From NCBI GenBank assembly GCA_041678025.1, contig JBAYOX010000001.1, positions 1-29,769 on the forward strand: a stretch of 29,769 nt of DNA. Reading direction: 5' to 3'. The notes below the pieces were generated by a model, which had not been told where the DNA came from, did not search any database, and saw nothing but the letters and a program-made list of their open reading frames with translations. The translations under genes were made by a program, and so were the position numbers. The stretch is from Aminobacteriaceae bacterium (GTDB lineage: Bacteria; Synergistota; Synergistia; Synergistales; Aminobacteriaceae). Positions 1-8,385 of this stretch are shown in pieces. Each line of letters starts with the position of its first letter. The stretch's first letter is position 1.

Positions 1-1
1 T

Positions 2-493
2 CCGCACGGCAGGGCCTCCGACAGACTCTTTAGAATCGGGGACATAGTCACGGTTGATTTCGGAGCAACTGTCGACGGATATATGTCCGACATCACGAGA
101 AACTTCTCCTTGGGGCCTCTGTCGAAGAGAGGACAGGAGATCGAGTCCGCCCTTCTTGAGGCAGCGGACGCTGCGGTGGCTGCGATTTGCCCCGGCGCGG
201 AGGGGAGATACGTGGACTCGGTTGCCCGCGACATACTGATCGAGAAGGGGTGGGGCAAGTATTTCAACCACAGCCTCGGCCACGGACTTGGGCTTGAGGT
301 ACATGAGACGCCCCGTGTCTCCCCGACGTCGAAGGACATGCTTCAAGAAGGGGACGTGATAACTATCGAGCCCGGCGTCTACATCGAGGGGTGGGGCGGA
401 ATGAGGATAGAGGATGACTACCTAGTCACCGCATCCGGAGCAGTGTGCATCTCCGGCGGCAAGGGGAGGAGAACAGCCGTCGTTCCACTTTGA
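2..493 (+). CDS. Xaa-Pro aminopeptidase/dipeptidase (M24B), C-terminal part; 5' end lies outside the window
   Basis: The frame is open from base 2 (PHGRASDR...GDIVTVDFGATVDGYMSDITR). It carries the pita-bread metal ligands D-F-G, S-D, HSLGHGLGLEVHE, TIEPG and RIEDD. Confidence 0.93.
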   Translation, partial: PHGRASDRLFRIGDIVTVDFGATVDGYMSDITRNFSLGPLSKRGQEIESALLEAADAAVAAICPGAEGRYVDSVARDILIEKGWGKYFNHSLGHGLGLEVHETPRVSPTSKDMLQEGDVITIEPGVYIEGWGGMRIEDDYLVTASGAVCISGGKGRRTAVVPL

Positions 494-502
494 CGCGATG
501 GG

Positions 503-530
503 TTGTGTTTTCCCGCCAGTAGCATATAAT
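503..530 (+). promoter_or_regulatory. Putative sigma70-type promoter for rubredoxin
   Basis: TTGTGT(503-508)-16 bp-TATAAT(525-530), upstream of the RBS and the ATG at 569. Confidence 0.55.
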
Positions 531-568
531 ATGCCGAAATGATCCTGAAACAAGAAGGGGGAACTGTC

Positions 569-730
569 ATGAAGAAGTACGTTTGCACCGTCTGCGGTTA
601 TGTCTACGATCCTGCGGAGGGAGATCCGGACAACGGAGTGGCGCCCGGCACGTCTTTTGAGGATGTCCCCGAGGATTGGCTTTGCCCGGTCTGTGCGGTG
701 GCGAAGGATATGTTCGAGCCGGAGGAGTAA
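569..730 (+). CDS. rub: Rubredoxin (53 aa)
   Basis: [15 protein letters not shown]...GT.FED.PEDW.CPVC has two CxxC motifs at C6/C9 and C39/C42. RBS GAAGGGGG precedes the ATG at 569, so the track start at 539 is probably too early. Confidence 0.96.
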   Translation: MKKYVCTVCGYVYDPAEGDPDNGVAPGTSFEDVPEDWLCPVCAVAKDMFEPEE

Positions 731-748
731 GCCGCTCTAACGAACAGG

Positions 749-788
749 AAAAAAAGGGAGGGGGCGCGCACCCCTCCCTCGCTTTTTT
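749..788. terminator. Bidirectional intrinsic terminator between the convergent rubredoxin and hypothetical genes
   Basis: A7 tract, stem AGGGAGGGG(755-763)/CCCCTCCCT(771-779), then a T6 tract at 783-788. Confidence 0.85.
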
Positions 789-1251
789 ACTTGGAGCGGA
801 TTATTAAAAGAGCTGCCTCTTCCAGCTCCTCCCTGTTCAGCGAACGGGACTCCAGCGTGAGGGTCACGTCCGAATCCACCGCGACTACCAACGAGCTCCC
901 AAGGTCCGGGGTCGTCTCGAAGACCGACCTCATGCCGTCGAGCTCGAACACCTCGTAGGTCGCGCCGAAGCCGATCGGCCGGTCGTCGCAACTGGTCCCC
1001 ACGGGAGCGCTAACAAGCGGCCCCGCTCCCGGGCCGGACATGAGAGTGACCTCCAGTACTCCCCCGGACGGGTTTCTGTACGTGCGCGACAGCCACTCCC
1101 CGAAGTTCCCCGATGGGGCCTCCAGAGGCGTTGTCCGAAGGGTGGTTGCGTAATAGCCCGGTATCTCCGGGAGCGCTGCGTGAGCAAGAGCGCCCCCTCC
1201 AACGAGAACTGCCAGCGCGGCAAGCCCGGCGACTAGCCGTAGTCTTCTCAT
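787..1251 (-). CDS. Hypothetical exported protein (154 aa) with an N-terminal signal peptide
   Basis: ATG with a purine-rich RBS (GGGGGAGAG on the minus strand). The N-terminus MRRLRLVAGLAALAVLVGGGALAHA is basic then hydrophobic with an AxA site. I recognise no family motif. Confidence 0.75.
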   Translation of the reverse strand: MRRLRLVAGLAALAVLVGGGALAHAALPEIPGYYATTLRTTPLEAPSGNFGEWLSRTYRNPSGGVLEVTLMSGPGAGPLVSAPVGTSCDDRPIGFGATYEVFELDGMRSVFETTPDLGSSLVVAVDSDVTLTLESRSLNREELEEAALLIIRSK

Positions 1252-1302
1252 AATCTCTCCCCCTTGCAGTGGTATCCTTCTTATCTCTACATTTTACCCC
1301 AT

Positions 1303-1332
1303 TTGCCCACTCTTTCCGTCCAAGGGTATAAT
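1303..1332 (+). promoter_or_regulatory. Putative sigma70 promoter for miaB-comEA-comEC
   Basis: TTGCCC(1303-1308)-18 bp-TATAAT(1327-1332). RBS GGGAGG precedes the TTG start at 1369. Confidence 0.55.
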
Positions 1333-1368
1333 GGTCTCGGATAGTTTTTTACTTCGGGAGGTTTTTCC

Positions 1369-2700
1369 TTGCACAAGTTCTCACTCAAAGTTTACGGATG
1401 CCAGATGAACGTCTACGACGGAGACAAGATAAAGACCGCGCTGGTCGGAAGCGGATGGAGAGAGAGCTCCGAGGACGAGGCCGATCTCGTGATACTAAAC
1501 GGGTGCAGCATTCGCGACAAGGCTGAACAGAAGGTCTGGAGCGACCTCGGACGCTTCGCCGTGCGCTGGAAAAAGGAGAGGAGGCCGCTCGTCGCGGTTA
1601 CAGGATGCGTCGCACAGAGGGTGGGGCGCAAAATGGCGGCGCGCTTCCCATGGGTTCGCTTCGTGTCGGGGCCCAGGCATATCGGGGCGGTCCCTGAGGG
1701 CCTCTCCCTCCTGTTTGAAGAGGAAGTGGGTCCGGTCTTTCTGATGGACGATGACCCGAGGGCCTTCGTCGACCTGCCCGGCGCACCGACGGAGAGGGTC
1801 AACCGCTGGAGGGCGTTCGTGACGATAGCCCACGGATGCGACAACTTCTGCTCATACTGCATCGTCCCCTACGTAAGAGGTCGCTTTGTCTCTCGCCCCC
1901 CGGAGGAGATACTGGACGAGGTGAGGGAGCTCGTCGCCGACGGAGTGCTTGAGGTCACCCTGCTGGGGCAGAACGTAAACAGCTACGGGAGTGATTTTTC
2001 AAACGGCTACAGATTTTCCTCCCTTCTGCGGGATGTGGCGGTCGGGACTGGGGTGCGCCTGCTGCGCTTCGTCACGTCCCACCCCCGCGACTTCACTCCC
2101 GACATAGCCGATGTGATGGCAGAGCACTCGGACGTTCTCTGCCCCTCGGTCAATCTGCCAATACAGTCGGGAAGCGACAGGGTGCTGAAGATGATGAACC
2201 GGGGTTACGACCTTGAGCGCTACAGGGCCGCCGTAGCCTCGATACGAGACCGCCTGCCGGACGCCGGGCTGACGACGGACCTGATAGTCGGGCATCCGGG
2301 GGAGACGGATGAGGATTTTCAGCGCTCCATGGACGCGCTAGAGGAGTTCCGCTTCGACCTGGTGCACTCCGCCGCATACTCCCCAAGGGAGGGGACTGCT
2401 GCCGCCGCAAGAGAGGACCAGATTCCCCGCGAGGTGAAGATGAGCCGACTGAACGAGGTCAACAACCTTCAGGCGAGGGTAGCGGGCGAGATAAACAGAT
2501 CGCTGGTAGGCCGCAGGTTCAGGATACTGCTGGACGACGTTGCGCCCAGGGGGCACGGACTGCTGCAGGGAAGGACTCCTTCGGACAAGGTTGTCCTCAT
2601 CGAGGGCGGCGAGGAGCTTCTGGGACGTTTCGCCACGGTGGAGATAACGAACGGGGAGAGCTGGCGTCTTGACGGGCGTCCGATCTCATTCTCGGACTGA
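1369..2700 (+). CDS. miaB: tRNA-2-methylthio-N6-dimethylallyladenosine synthase MiaB
   Basis: UPF0004 N-terminus (YGCQMNVYD, NGCSIRDKAEQK, GCVAQ), radical-SAM CDNFCSYC, LPIQSGSDRVLKMMNRGY, and a C-terminal TRAM-like region (GRTPSDKVV). Confidence 0.95.
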   Translation: MHKFSLKVYGCQMNVYDGDKIKTALVGSGWRESSEDEADLVILNGCSIRDKAEQKVWSDLGRFAVRWKKERRPLVAVTGCVAQRVGRKMAARFPWVRFVSGPRHIGAVPEGLSLLFEEEVGPVFLMDDDPRAFVDLPGAPTERVNRWRAFVTIAHGCDNFCSYCIVPYVRGRFVSRPPEEILDEVRELVADGVLEVTLLGQNVNSYGSDFSNGYRFSSLLRDVAVGTGVRLLRFVTSHPRDFTPDIADVMAEHSDVLCPSVNLPIQSGSDRVLKMMNRGYDLERYRAAVASIRDRLPDAGLTTDLIVGHPGETDEDFQRSMDALEEFRFDLVHSAAYSPREGTAAAAREDQIPREVKMSRLNEVNNLQARVAGEINRSLVGRRFRILLDDVAPRGHGLLQGRTPSDKVVLIEGGEELLGRFATVEITNGESWRLDGRPISFSD

Positions 2701-2718
2701 GGCGGGTGTTTTCATCAT

Positions 2719-3444
2719 ATGATGGACGGCGGGATAAAAGACAAGCTCAATCGTTACGCCGGGTTCGGCTTCTTCGCTATCGGAGTCGCCTGCTTCCTTC
2801 TGGCGGGCCTGCTGGTCTACATGTTCTCCGGGAGGTTCGTTAACACGCCCTCCGGATCTGTGGCCGGGCCTGCTCTCACCCTTAATAGCAGGCAGAGCGA
2901 GCAGAAGACGCCCGCGTCCCCGATCGTCGACTCGGCGGGAGGAGAAGCGCTTGCGGAGCGCCAGGAGGAGAGAACCTGGGTGCTCTATATCACAGGCGAG
3001 GTCAGGTCTCCCGGTGTGTACAACCTCCCGTCGGGCAGCAGGGTCTTTCATCTCGTCGAGGCGGCCGGAGGGATGGGGCCGCAGGCCGACCCGGTGCGGA
3101 TAAACATGGCCTCGCCTCTCGCGGACGGAGTGCACGTCCACGTCCCCTCAATACGCTCCGACGGCCAGGGAGCTGATATTCCATATGTGCCCCAGTCGTC
3201 GGTCATCACACTGCCTCCAGGCATCTCCCACTCGTCGACCGGTCAGGGCGTCAGAATAAATGTGAACTCCGCGTCCGCGTCGGAGCTTGAAGCCCTTCCG
3301 GGGGTCGGCCCTGCGACGGCCAGAGCGATAATCGAGCACAGGGAGAGAGTGGGCCCGTTCCGCACCGTCGAGGCCCTGATGGATGTGAAGGGAATAGGCC
3401 CCAAGAAGCTGGAGGGCATGAGGAAAATGGTTGCGGTTCAATGA
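2719..3444 (+). CDS. comEA: Competence DNA receptor ComEA (TM anchor, SLBB domain, helix-hairpin-helix)
   Basis: An N-terminal hydrophobic anchor, then VLYITGEVRSPGVYNLPSGSRV...GG (SLBB) and RINVNSASASELEALPGVGPATARAII...VKGIGPK (HhH). It lies directly upstream of comEC. Confidence 0.92.
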   Translation: MMDGGIKDKLNRYAGFGFFAIGVACFLLAGLLVYMFSGRFVNTPSGSVAGPALTLNSRQSEQKTPASPIVDSAGGEALAERQEERTWVLYITGEVRSPGVYNLPSGSRVFHLVEAAGGMGPQADPVRINMASPLADGVHVHVPSIRSDGQGADIPYVPQSSVITLPPGISHSSTGQGVRINVNSASASELEALPGVGPATARAIIEHRERVGPFRTVEALMDVKGIGPKKLEGMRKMVAVQ

Positions 3445-4940
3445 GTGATGGGGACCGGGCGATCCGCCACCGGGACGACGTGTCCGCAATCCCGTTCTTC
3501 CCCCGCGAGGGGTTGGCGCGCGCTCCGCTTCTCTTTGTTCTCGCGGGCCTGTCCGTTTCGCTGGCCGCGACCAATCGCGGAGTCCCGCCGACCGTCTCCT
3601 CTCTCCTCGCCCCGCTGACCGTCGTCGGGCTCGTCCTCGTCCTCTCGGAGCATCGCCCTCTCCGCCTCTCTTCGTATACGGCGGGGGTGGCTCTGCTCTC
3701 ATTTATCGCGGCGTTGGTCTGCTGCCTTAGGCTCGCATACCTCCCGCCACTCCCTTCGGGGGCGCTTAACGAGAGGGGCACGGTCGTCCTTGAGCGCTCG
3801 TGGGGCGCGAGACGAGCGGTGATCGTCGAAGCCTCGTCCGGAAGGTACATGCTCAAGCTCCAGCCAAACCGTCACGTGCTGGAGGGCGACGCCCTGACCT
3901 TCTCCGGCGTGGCCCGCCACATCTCCCCGAGGGACGCCTCGTCCTTTCGCGAGGATTACTACTGGAGCGCGCGAGGTGCGGATATCGAGGTCGTGCCGGA
4001 AAAGGTCTCGAAGAGGGATGGGCCCATCTCACTCGCCCGGTGGAGGACCATGTTGCGCAGAAGGATGCTGCTGACACTGCCGCCTCGCACGAGGGGGTAC
4101 CTTCTGGCCGCAGTTCTCGGCGTAAGGGACCCGGATCTGAACGAGGCGCACAGGCGGTGGGGGACATCGCACCTTCTGGCAGTGTCCGGCTTCCACGTCG
4201 GCCTGGTGGCCTTCGGAGTGTGGAAGCTGCTCTTGTCCCAGCGGGGCAGGGTCTTTATTTCGCGTCGCTGGGCATCCGTCGCAGCCAGCCTCGTCCTGTG
4301 GGGGTACGCCCTTATGGCCGGTGGAGCTCCAGGAGCACTTCGCGCCGCACTGATGCTGCAGGTCCTGCTGCTGAGCGACGTCTTAGGACGAAGAGGGAAC
4401 CCCGTGAACTCCGTGTCGTTCGCCGCGCTGGTTCTACTCCTGTGGCGTCCCGCCTGGTTCTTCGACGTCGGATGGCGTCTCTCCGTGATGGCCGCCATGC
4501 TGCTCGCGTCTCTCTCTCAGCGCAGCTTCACCCTGTGGGCTCTTCCTCTGTCGAGCATGCTCGTCTGGTTAGCGGCCTTCCCCCAGGTGACGGCGGTCTT
4601 CGGAAGCGTGCCGACGGCGGGGCTGCTGCTCAATCTTATAGCTCTGCCTCTCTTCTCGGCCCTCTACCCTGTGGCCTTCTTCTTCTCTCTCCCTCTTCTG
4701 CTGGGGATGCCAGGGGGAGGCTTGCTCGCCTCCGCCGCAGAGGGGCTGTTCACCCTGTGGGAGGTGTGCGCCGATTTCCTCGCCGGCCTTGTGCCGTGGG
4801 GCGTGGAGTGGTCTCCTGTTGTAGCGCTGCTGGGCGGCGCTCTGTTCATCCTGACCGTGGCGGGGGGCGTCCACCCCTTTCGAGGAAGGACCATCGCAGG
4901 GGCGGGAGTCTTTCTGCTGACAGCAGTCCTTATCCTGTGA
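3441..4940 (+). CDS. comEC: ComEC/Rec2 competence channel protein (499 aa) without a C-terminal metallo-beta-lactamase domain
   Basis: Signature GTSHLLAVSGFHVG, plus LRAALM and GWRLS, and many TM segments. It overlaps the comEA stop by ATGA. Confidence 0.9.
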   Translation: MSDGDRAIRHRDDVSAIPFFPREGLARAPLLFVLAGLSVSLAATNRGVPPTVSSLLAPLTVVGLVLVLSEHRPLRLSSYTAGVALLSFIAALVCCLRLAYLPPLPSGALNERGTVVLERSWGARRAVIVEASSGRYMLKLQPNRHVLEGDALTFSGVARHISPRDASSFREDYYWSARGADIEVVPEKVSKRDGPISLARWRTMLRRRMLLTLPPRTRGYLLAAVLGVRDPDLNEAHRRWGTSHLLAVSGFHVGLVAFGVWKLLLSQRGRVFISRRWASVAASLVLWGYALMAGGAPGALRAALMLQVLLLSDVLGRRGNPVNSVSFAALVLLLWRPAWFFDVGWRLSVMAAMLLASLSQRSFTLWALPLSSMLVWLAAFPQVTAVFGSVPTAGLLLNLIALPLFSALYPVAFFFSLPLLLGMPGGGLLASAAEGLFTLWEVCADFLAGLVPWGVEWSPVVALLGGALFILTVAGGVHPFRGRTIAGAGVFLLTAVLIL

Positions 4941-4959
4941 CCGCGCCCCCACGTCAAGA

Positions 4960-4968
4960 TGGTATAAT
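4960..4968 (+). promoter_or_regulatory. Extended -10 promoter element upstream of coaX
   Basis: TGGTATAAT (TGn-TATAAT) in the comEC-coaX gap; no clear -35. Confidence 0.55.
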
Positions 4969-5007
4969 ATTTCGTTGTCCCAAGTCTGTTTGATCATGGA
5001 GGCAGAG

Positions 5008-5775
5008 ATGCTGCTCGTAATCGACGTCGGTAACACCACCACGGTTATTGGAATTTTCGAGGGCGAGAATCTGAAAAAGCACTGGCGGCTGATGTCCGAG
5101 CGCCATACATCCGACGAGCTGGGTATCTACCTGCTGAACCTTCTCTCGATATCCGGCATGAGGGCGGGCGGGCTCGAGGGCGCAATCTTCTCAAGCGTCG
5201 TCCCGTCGCTCGACAACGCCCTGTGTGAGGGGCTGGAGGAGTATCTGAACGTGCGCCCTCTGAAGGTGACCGCCGACATCGACCTCGGGGTGGAGATAGC
5301 CTACTCGCCAAGGCACGAGGTCGGGGCGGACAGGCTGGTGAACTCCGTGGCGGGGAAGGCCCGTTACGGTGCTCCTCTGATAGTGGTCGACTTCGGCACT
5401 GCAATAACACTTGACATCCTGAACGAGGACGGCGCGTACATAGGTGGCGCGATCGCCCCCGGACTGGTGACTGGCATGGAGGCCTTGTTCGGAAGGACAG
5501 CCAAGCTGCCCCAGGTCTCGCTCGTCCCCCCGAAGAGCGTTATAGGCAACAACACGATAGGGTCGATTCAGACGGGGATAATGTTCGGCAACGCAGGCCT
5601 GGTGGACTCGCTGGTCAGAAGGGCGTGGAGCGAGATGGGAACGGAGACGCAGGTGGTGGCCACGGGAGGGCACTCTCAGGAGATCGCCTCCCTGTCCTCG
5701 ACAATAACGCACGTGGATCAGTGGCTCGCTCTCGAGGGGCTGAGGATAATCTACGACAGGAACCAGGGTAGGTGA
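5008..5775 (+). CDS. coaX: Type III pantothenate kinase (255 aa)
   Basis: LLVIDVGNT, VGADRLVN, IVVDFGTAITLD, GGAIAPG, VATGG. RBS GGAGG(4998-5002) supports the ATG at 5008. Confidence 0.95.
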   Translation: MLLVIDVGNTTTVIGIFEGENLKKHWRLMSERHTSDELGIYLLNLLSISGMRAGGLEGAIFSSVVPSLDNALCEGLEEYLNVRPLKVTADIDLGVEIAYSPRHEVGADRLVNSVAGKARYGAPLIVVDFGTAITLDILNEDGAYIGGAIAPGLVTGMEALFGRTAKLPQVSLVPPKSVIGNNTIGSIQTGIMFGNAGLVDSLVRRAWSEMGTETQVVATGGHSQEIASLSSTITHVDQWLALEGLRIIYDRNQGR

Positions 5776-6815
5776 CCGGGGCGCGCCGTTTTTTCATCGG
5801 GGGGCTGAGCCTAGCCAACCAAATTCTTCTGGCACCCCTGGCAGGAGTAACCATTCCGTCGTTGCGCCTCCTCTTCACGAGGCTGGGCGCAGGGGCGACT
5901 CACACCGAGATGATAAGCTGCGCCGGTCTGCTCGCCGCAGCGGGTGCTCGTCGAGGCTCCGCGACGAGCAAGACGGAGCGGATGCTGTCGCTTCTGGCCG
6001 GTGAGGCGCCCGTGGTGCTTCAACTCTTCGCAGGGGATGCGGACACCCTCTTCAGCGGGGCCGTCCTCGCCCTTGAGGAGCAGCGAGCCTTCTCCGCTCT
6101 TGGGATAAACATGGCCTGCCCGATGCCCAAGGTGCTGAAGAAGGGGGCGGGCTCTCGGCTTCTTGACAGGCCGGAGATCGCTTTCGAGATGGTCCGGAGG
6201 CTGGTCGGGCTTGGACTACCAGTCTGGCCCAAGATAAGAAAGTGCCCCCCCTCCGCGCCTCTCTCCACCGAGGCCTTCTGCGAAGGGCTTCTTCAGGCGG
6301 GGGCCGCCACAGTCACAGTGCACGGCCGCACCCCGGCTCAGAGGTACGAGGGGGAGGCTGACGCATCGCTGCCCGTCCGTCTGGCCGAGCTCTTCCCGGA
6401 CAGGATCTGCGCCAGCGGGGACGTCTTCTCGACCGAACGGGCCGCCGAGTACCTCGATGGCGGCTGCGCAGCTGTGATGCTGGCCAGGGGTGCGATAGCG
6501 GATCCGTTTCTGCTGCCTCGGACGCTGGCGCATATGGGATTTGGCGTGTCCGAGGAGCTGTTGAACCCCTCTTTGGAGTTGCAGCTTGCGATGTTGATAG
6601 ATTTTGGCGACAGCGTGTGTTCCGAGGCCGGTCCTCGCATCGCCTCGCTGATGGTGAAGCGGCTCCTGTCGGGGCTGTTCAAGGGACAGCCCGGGGTGGG
6701 GGCGCTCAGGCGCGCCGCCGCGACACTCCTCTCATGGTACGACCTGAGGAATATGATAAAAGATTGCGGTGGGTATTTTGAAAGGAGAGAGTTTCATAGT
6801 GGATGCGCAGAATGA
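5772..6815 (+). CDS. dusB: tRNA-dihydrouridine synthase (DusB-like)
   Basis: LAPLAGVT, QLFAGD, INMACP (catalytic Cys), KIR, VHGRT, SGDV, MLARGA. Located between coaX and lysS, as in Firmicutes. Confidence 0.9.
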   Translation: MTGARRFFIGGLSLANQILLAPLAGVTIPSLRLLFTRLGAGATHTEMISCAGLLAAAGARRGSATSKTERMLSLLAGEAPVVLQLFAGDADTLFSGAVLALEEQRAFSALGINMACPMPKVLKKGAGSRLLDRPEIAFEMVRRLVGLGLPVWPKIRKCPPSAPLSTEAFCEGLLQAGAATVTVHGRTPAQRYEGEADASLPVRLAELFPDRICASGDVFSTERAAEYLDGGCAAVMLARGAIADPFLLPRTLAHMGFGVSEELLNPSLELQLAMLIDFGDSVCSEAGPRIASLMVKRLLSGLFKGQPGVGALRRAAATLLSWYDLRNMIKDCGGYFERREFHSGCAE

Positions 6816-8376
6816 AAGAGAAGTCCTTAACTCTTCCGGCGCGGAGGCTGATGAGGTCTTCGGAGACGAGATTGTCCGCCAGCGCATGGACAAGCTTGAG
6901 CGGCTTCTTTCCGAGGAGGGGTACAACCCCTTCCTTCACGAGAAGTGGGAGTGGAAGCATCATCTTGACTACGTCCGAAAGAGCTTCGAACACCTTGCAG
7001 TGGACGAGATCGACGAGTCGGCGGAGATAGTCACGGCAGGCAGGGTGATGACACTGCGCAGGCACGGCAAAGCGATGTTCGCCAACCTGGCCGACGATAC
7101 CGACACACTTCAGCTCTACCTTCAGCTGAACGCCATGGGGGAGGAGGACTACACATTCGCCAAGAAGTGGGTCGACACGGGCGACTGGGTCGGCGTAGTT
7201 GGACACCCCTTCAGGACGCAGCGCGGAGAGCTCACCCTACACGTCAGAAAGCTCGTCCTGCTGAGCAAGGCCCTCCGTCCTCTTCCCGAGAAGTGGCACG
7301 GACTCAAGGACACCGAGCTTCGCTACCGCCGCCGTTACACGGACCTCATAGCGAACCCGGACGTCCGCGAGACCTTTCGCAAGCGCTCCAAGATAATAGC
7401 CTCCATACGCAAGACGCTCGAGGATCACGGTACGCTGGAGGTTGAGACGCCGATTCTATCGGTCCTGGCGGGTGGGGCCAACGCCCGGCCTTTCAAGACC
7501 TTTCACAACACTCTCGGGATGGAGATGTACCTGCGCATCGCCACCGAGCTCTATCTGAAGCGTCTGATAGTCGGCATGTTCGGCAGGGTCTACGAGATGG
7601 GCAAGAACTTCCGCAACGAGGGGCTCAGCCCGATGCACAACCCGGAGTTCACCGCCATGGAGGTCTACTGGGCCTACGCCGACTACGAGGACATGATGGC
7701 CCTTACCGAGGAGATCATCAGGGACGCCGCCGCATCGGTGCGCGGTCCGGACAGCTCGGGCCCGGTGCGCTACCAGGATGTGGACCTCGATTTCACGAAG
7801 CCGTTCAAGAGGGGGTCTATGCTGGACCTGGTGAGGGAGTACACTGGCATCGACTTCAGGGAGATCAAGGACGACGAGGAGGCGCGCCGGGTCGCCAGAG
7901 AGCGGGGAGTCGAGCTTAGGGGGGGAGAGAGCCGCTTTCTGGTGCTCAACCTGATGTTCGAGACATTCGTGGAGGAGAAGCTGATTCAGCCGACCTTCGT
8001 CACCGGGCATCCGACGGAGATATCCCCGCTGGCAAAGCGCGACCCCTCCGATCCCGACTACACCCACCGCTTCGAGCTGTTCATCTGCGGCAAGGAGGTC
8101 GCGAACGCCTTCAGCGAGCTCAACGACCCAATCGACCAGAGGGCGCGCTTCGAGGACCAGCTCAAGAAAAAGGAGGAGGGGGACGACGAGGCGCACGACT
8201 TCGACGAGGACTTCATAAACGCCATAGAGTCCGGCCTGCCGCCGACGGGTGGTCTGGGCATCGGGGTTGATCGCTTGGTCATGTTCCTGACGGACTCGAG
8301 ATCCATCCGCGACGTGCTGCTCTTCCCGACTATGAAGCCATTGCCCTCGAAGGACAGAGAGGCCTCGGAGGAGTAG
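6799..8376 (+). CDS. lysS: Lysyl-tRNA synthetase, class II (525 aa)
   Basis: OB-fold [34 protein letters not shown], motif 2 FRNEG..HNPEFT, motif 3 [24 protein letters not shown](6782-6787) supports the GTG at 6799. Confidence 0.97.
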   Translation: MDAQNEREVLNSSGAEADEVFGDEIVRQRMDKLERLLSEEGYNPFLHEKWEWKHHLDYVRKSFEHLAVDEIDESAEIVTAGRVMTLRRHGKAMFANLADDTDTLQLYLQLNAMGEEDYTFAKKWVDTGDWVGVVGHPFRTQRGELTLHVRKLVLLSKALRPLPEKWHGLKDTELRYRRRYTDLIANPDVRETFRKRSKIIASIRKTLEDHGTLEVETPILSVLAGGANARPFKTFHNTLGMEMYLRIATELYLKRLIVGMFGRVYEMGKNFRNEGLSPMHNPEFTAMEVYWAYADYEDMMALTEEIIRDAAASVRGPDSSGPVRYQDVDLDFTKPFKRGSMLDLVREYTGIDFREIKDDEEARRVARERGVELRGGESRFLVLNLMFETFVEEKLIQPTFVTGHPTEISPLAKRDPSDPDYTHRFELFICGKEVANAFSELNDPIDQRARFEDQLKKKEEGDDEAHDFDEDFINAIESGLPPTGGLGIGVDRLVMFLTDSRSIRDVLLFPTMKPLPSKDREASEE

Positions 8377-8385
8377 AGACACCAG

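Noticed and set aside
3800-4993. 397-aa alternative-frame ORF inside comEC
   Set aside because: The Arg/Gly/Pro-rich composition is typical of a GC-rich shadow frame; the comEC frame carries the family motifs.
5772-6815. DusB motif variants (NMACP, ASGD)
   Set aside because: The catalytic Cys, Lys and His are retained, so the variants are insufficient to claim altered function.
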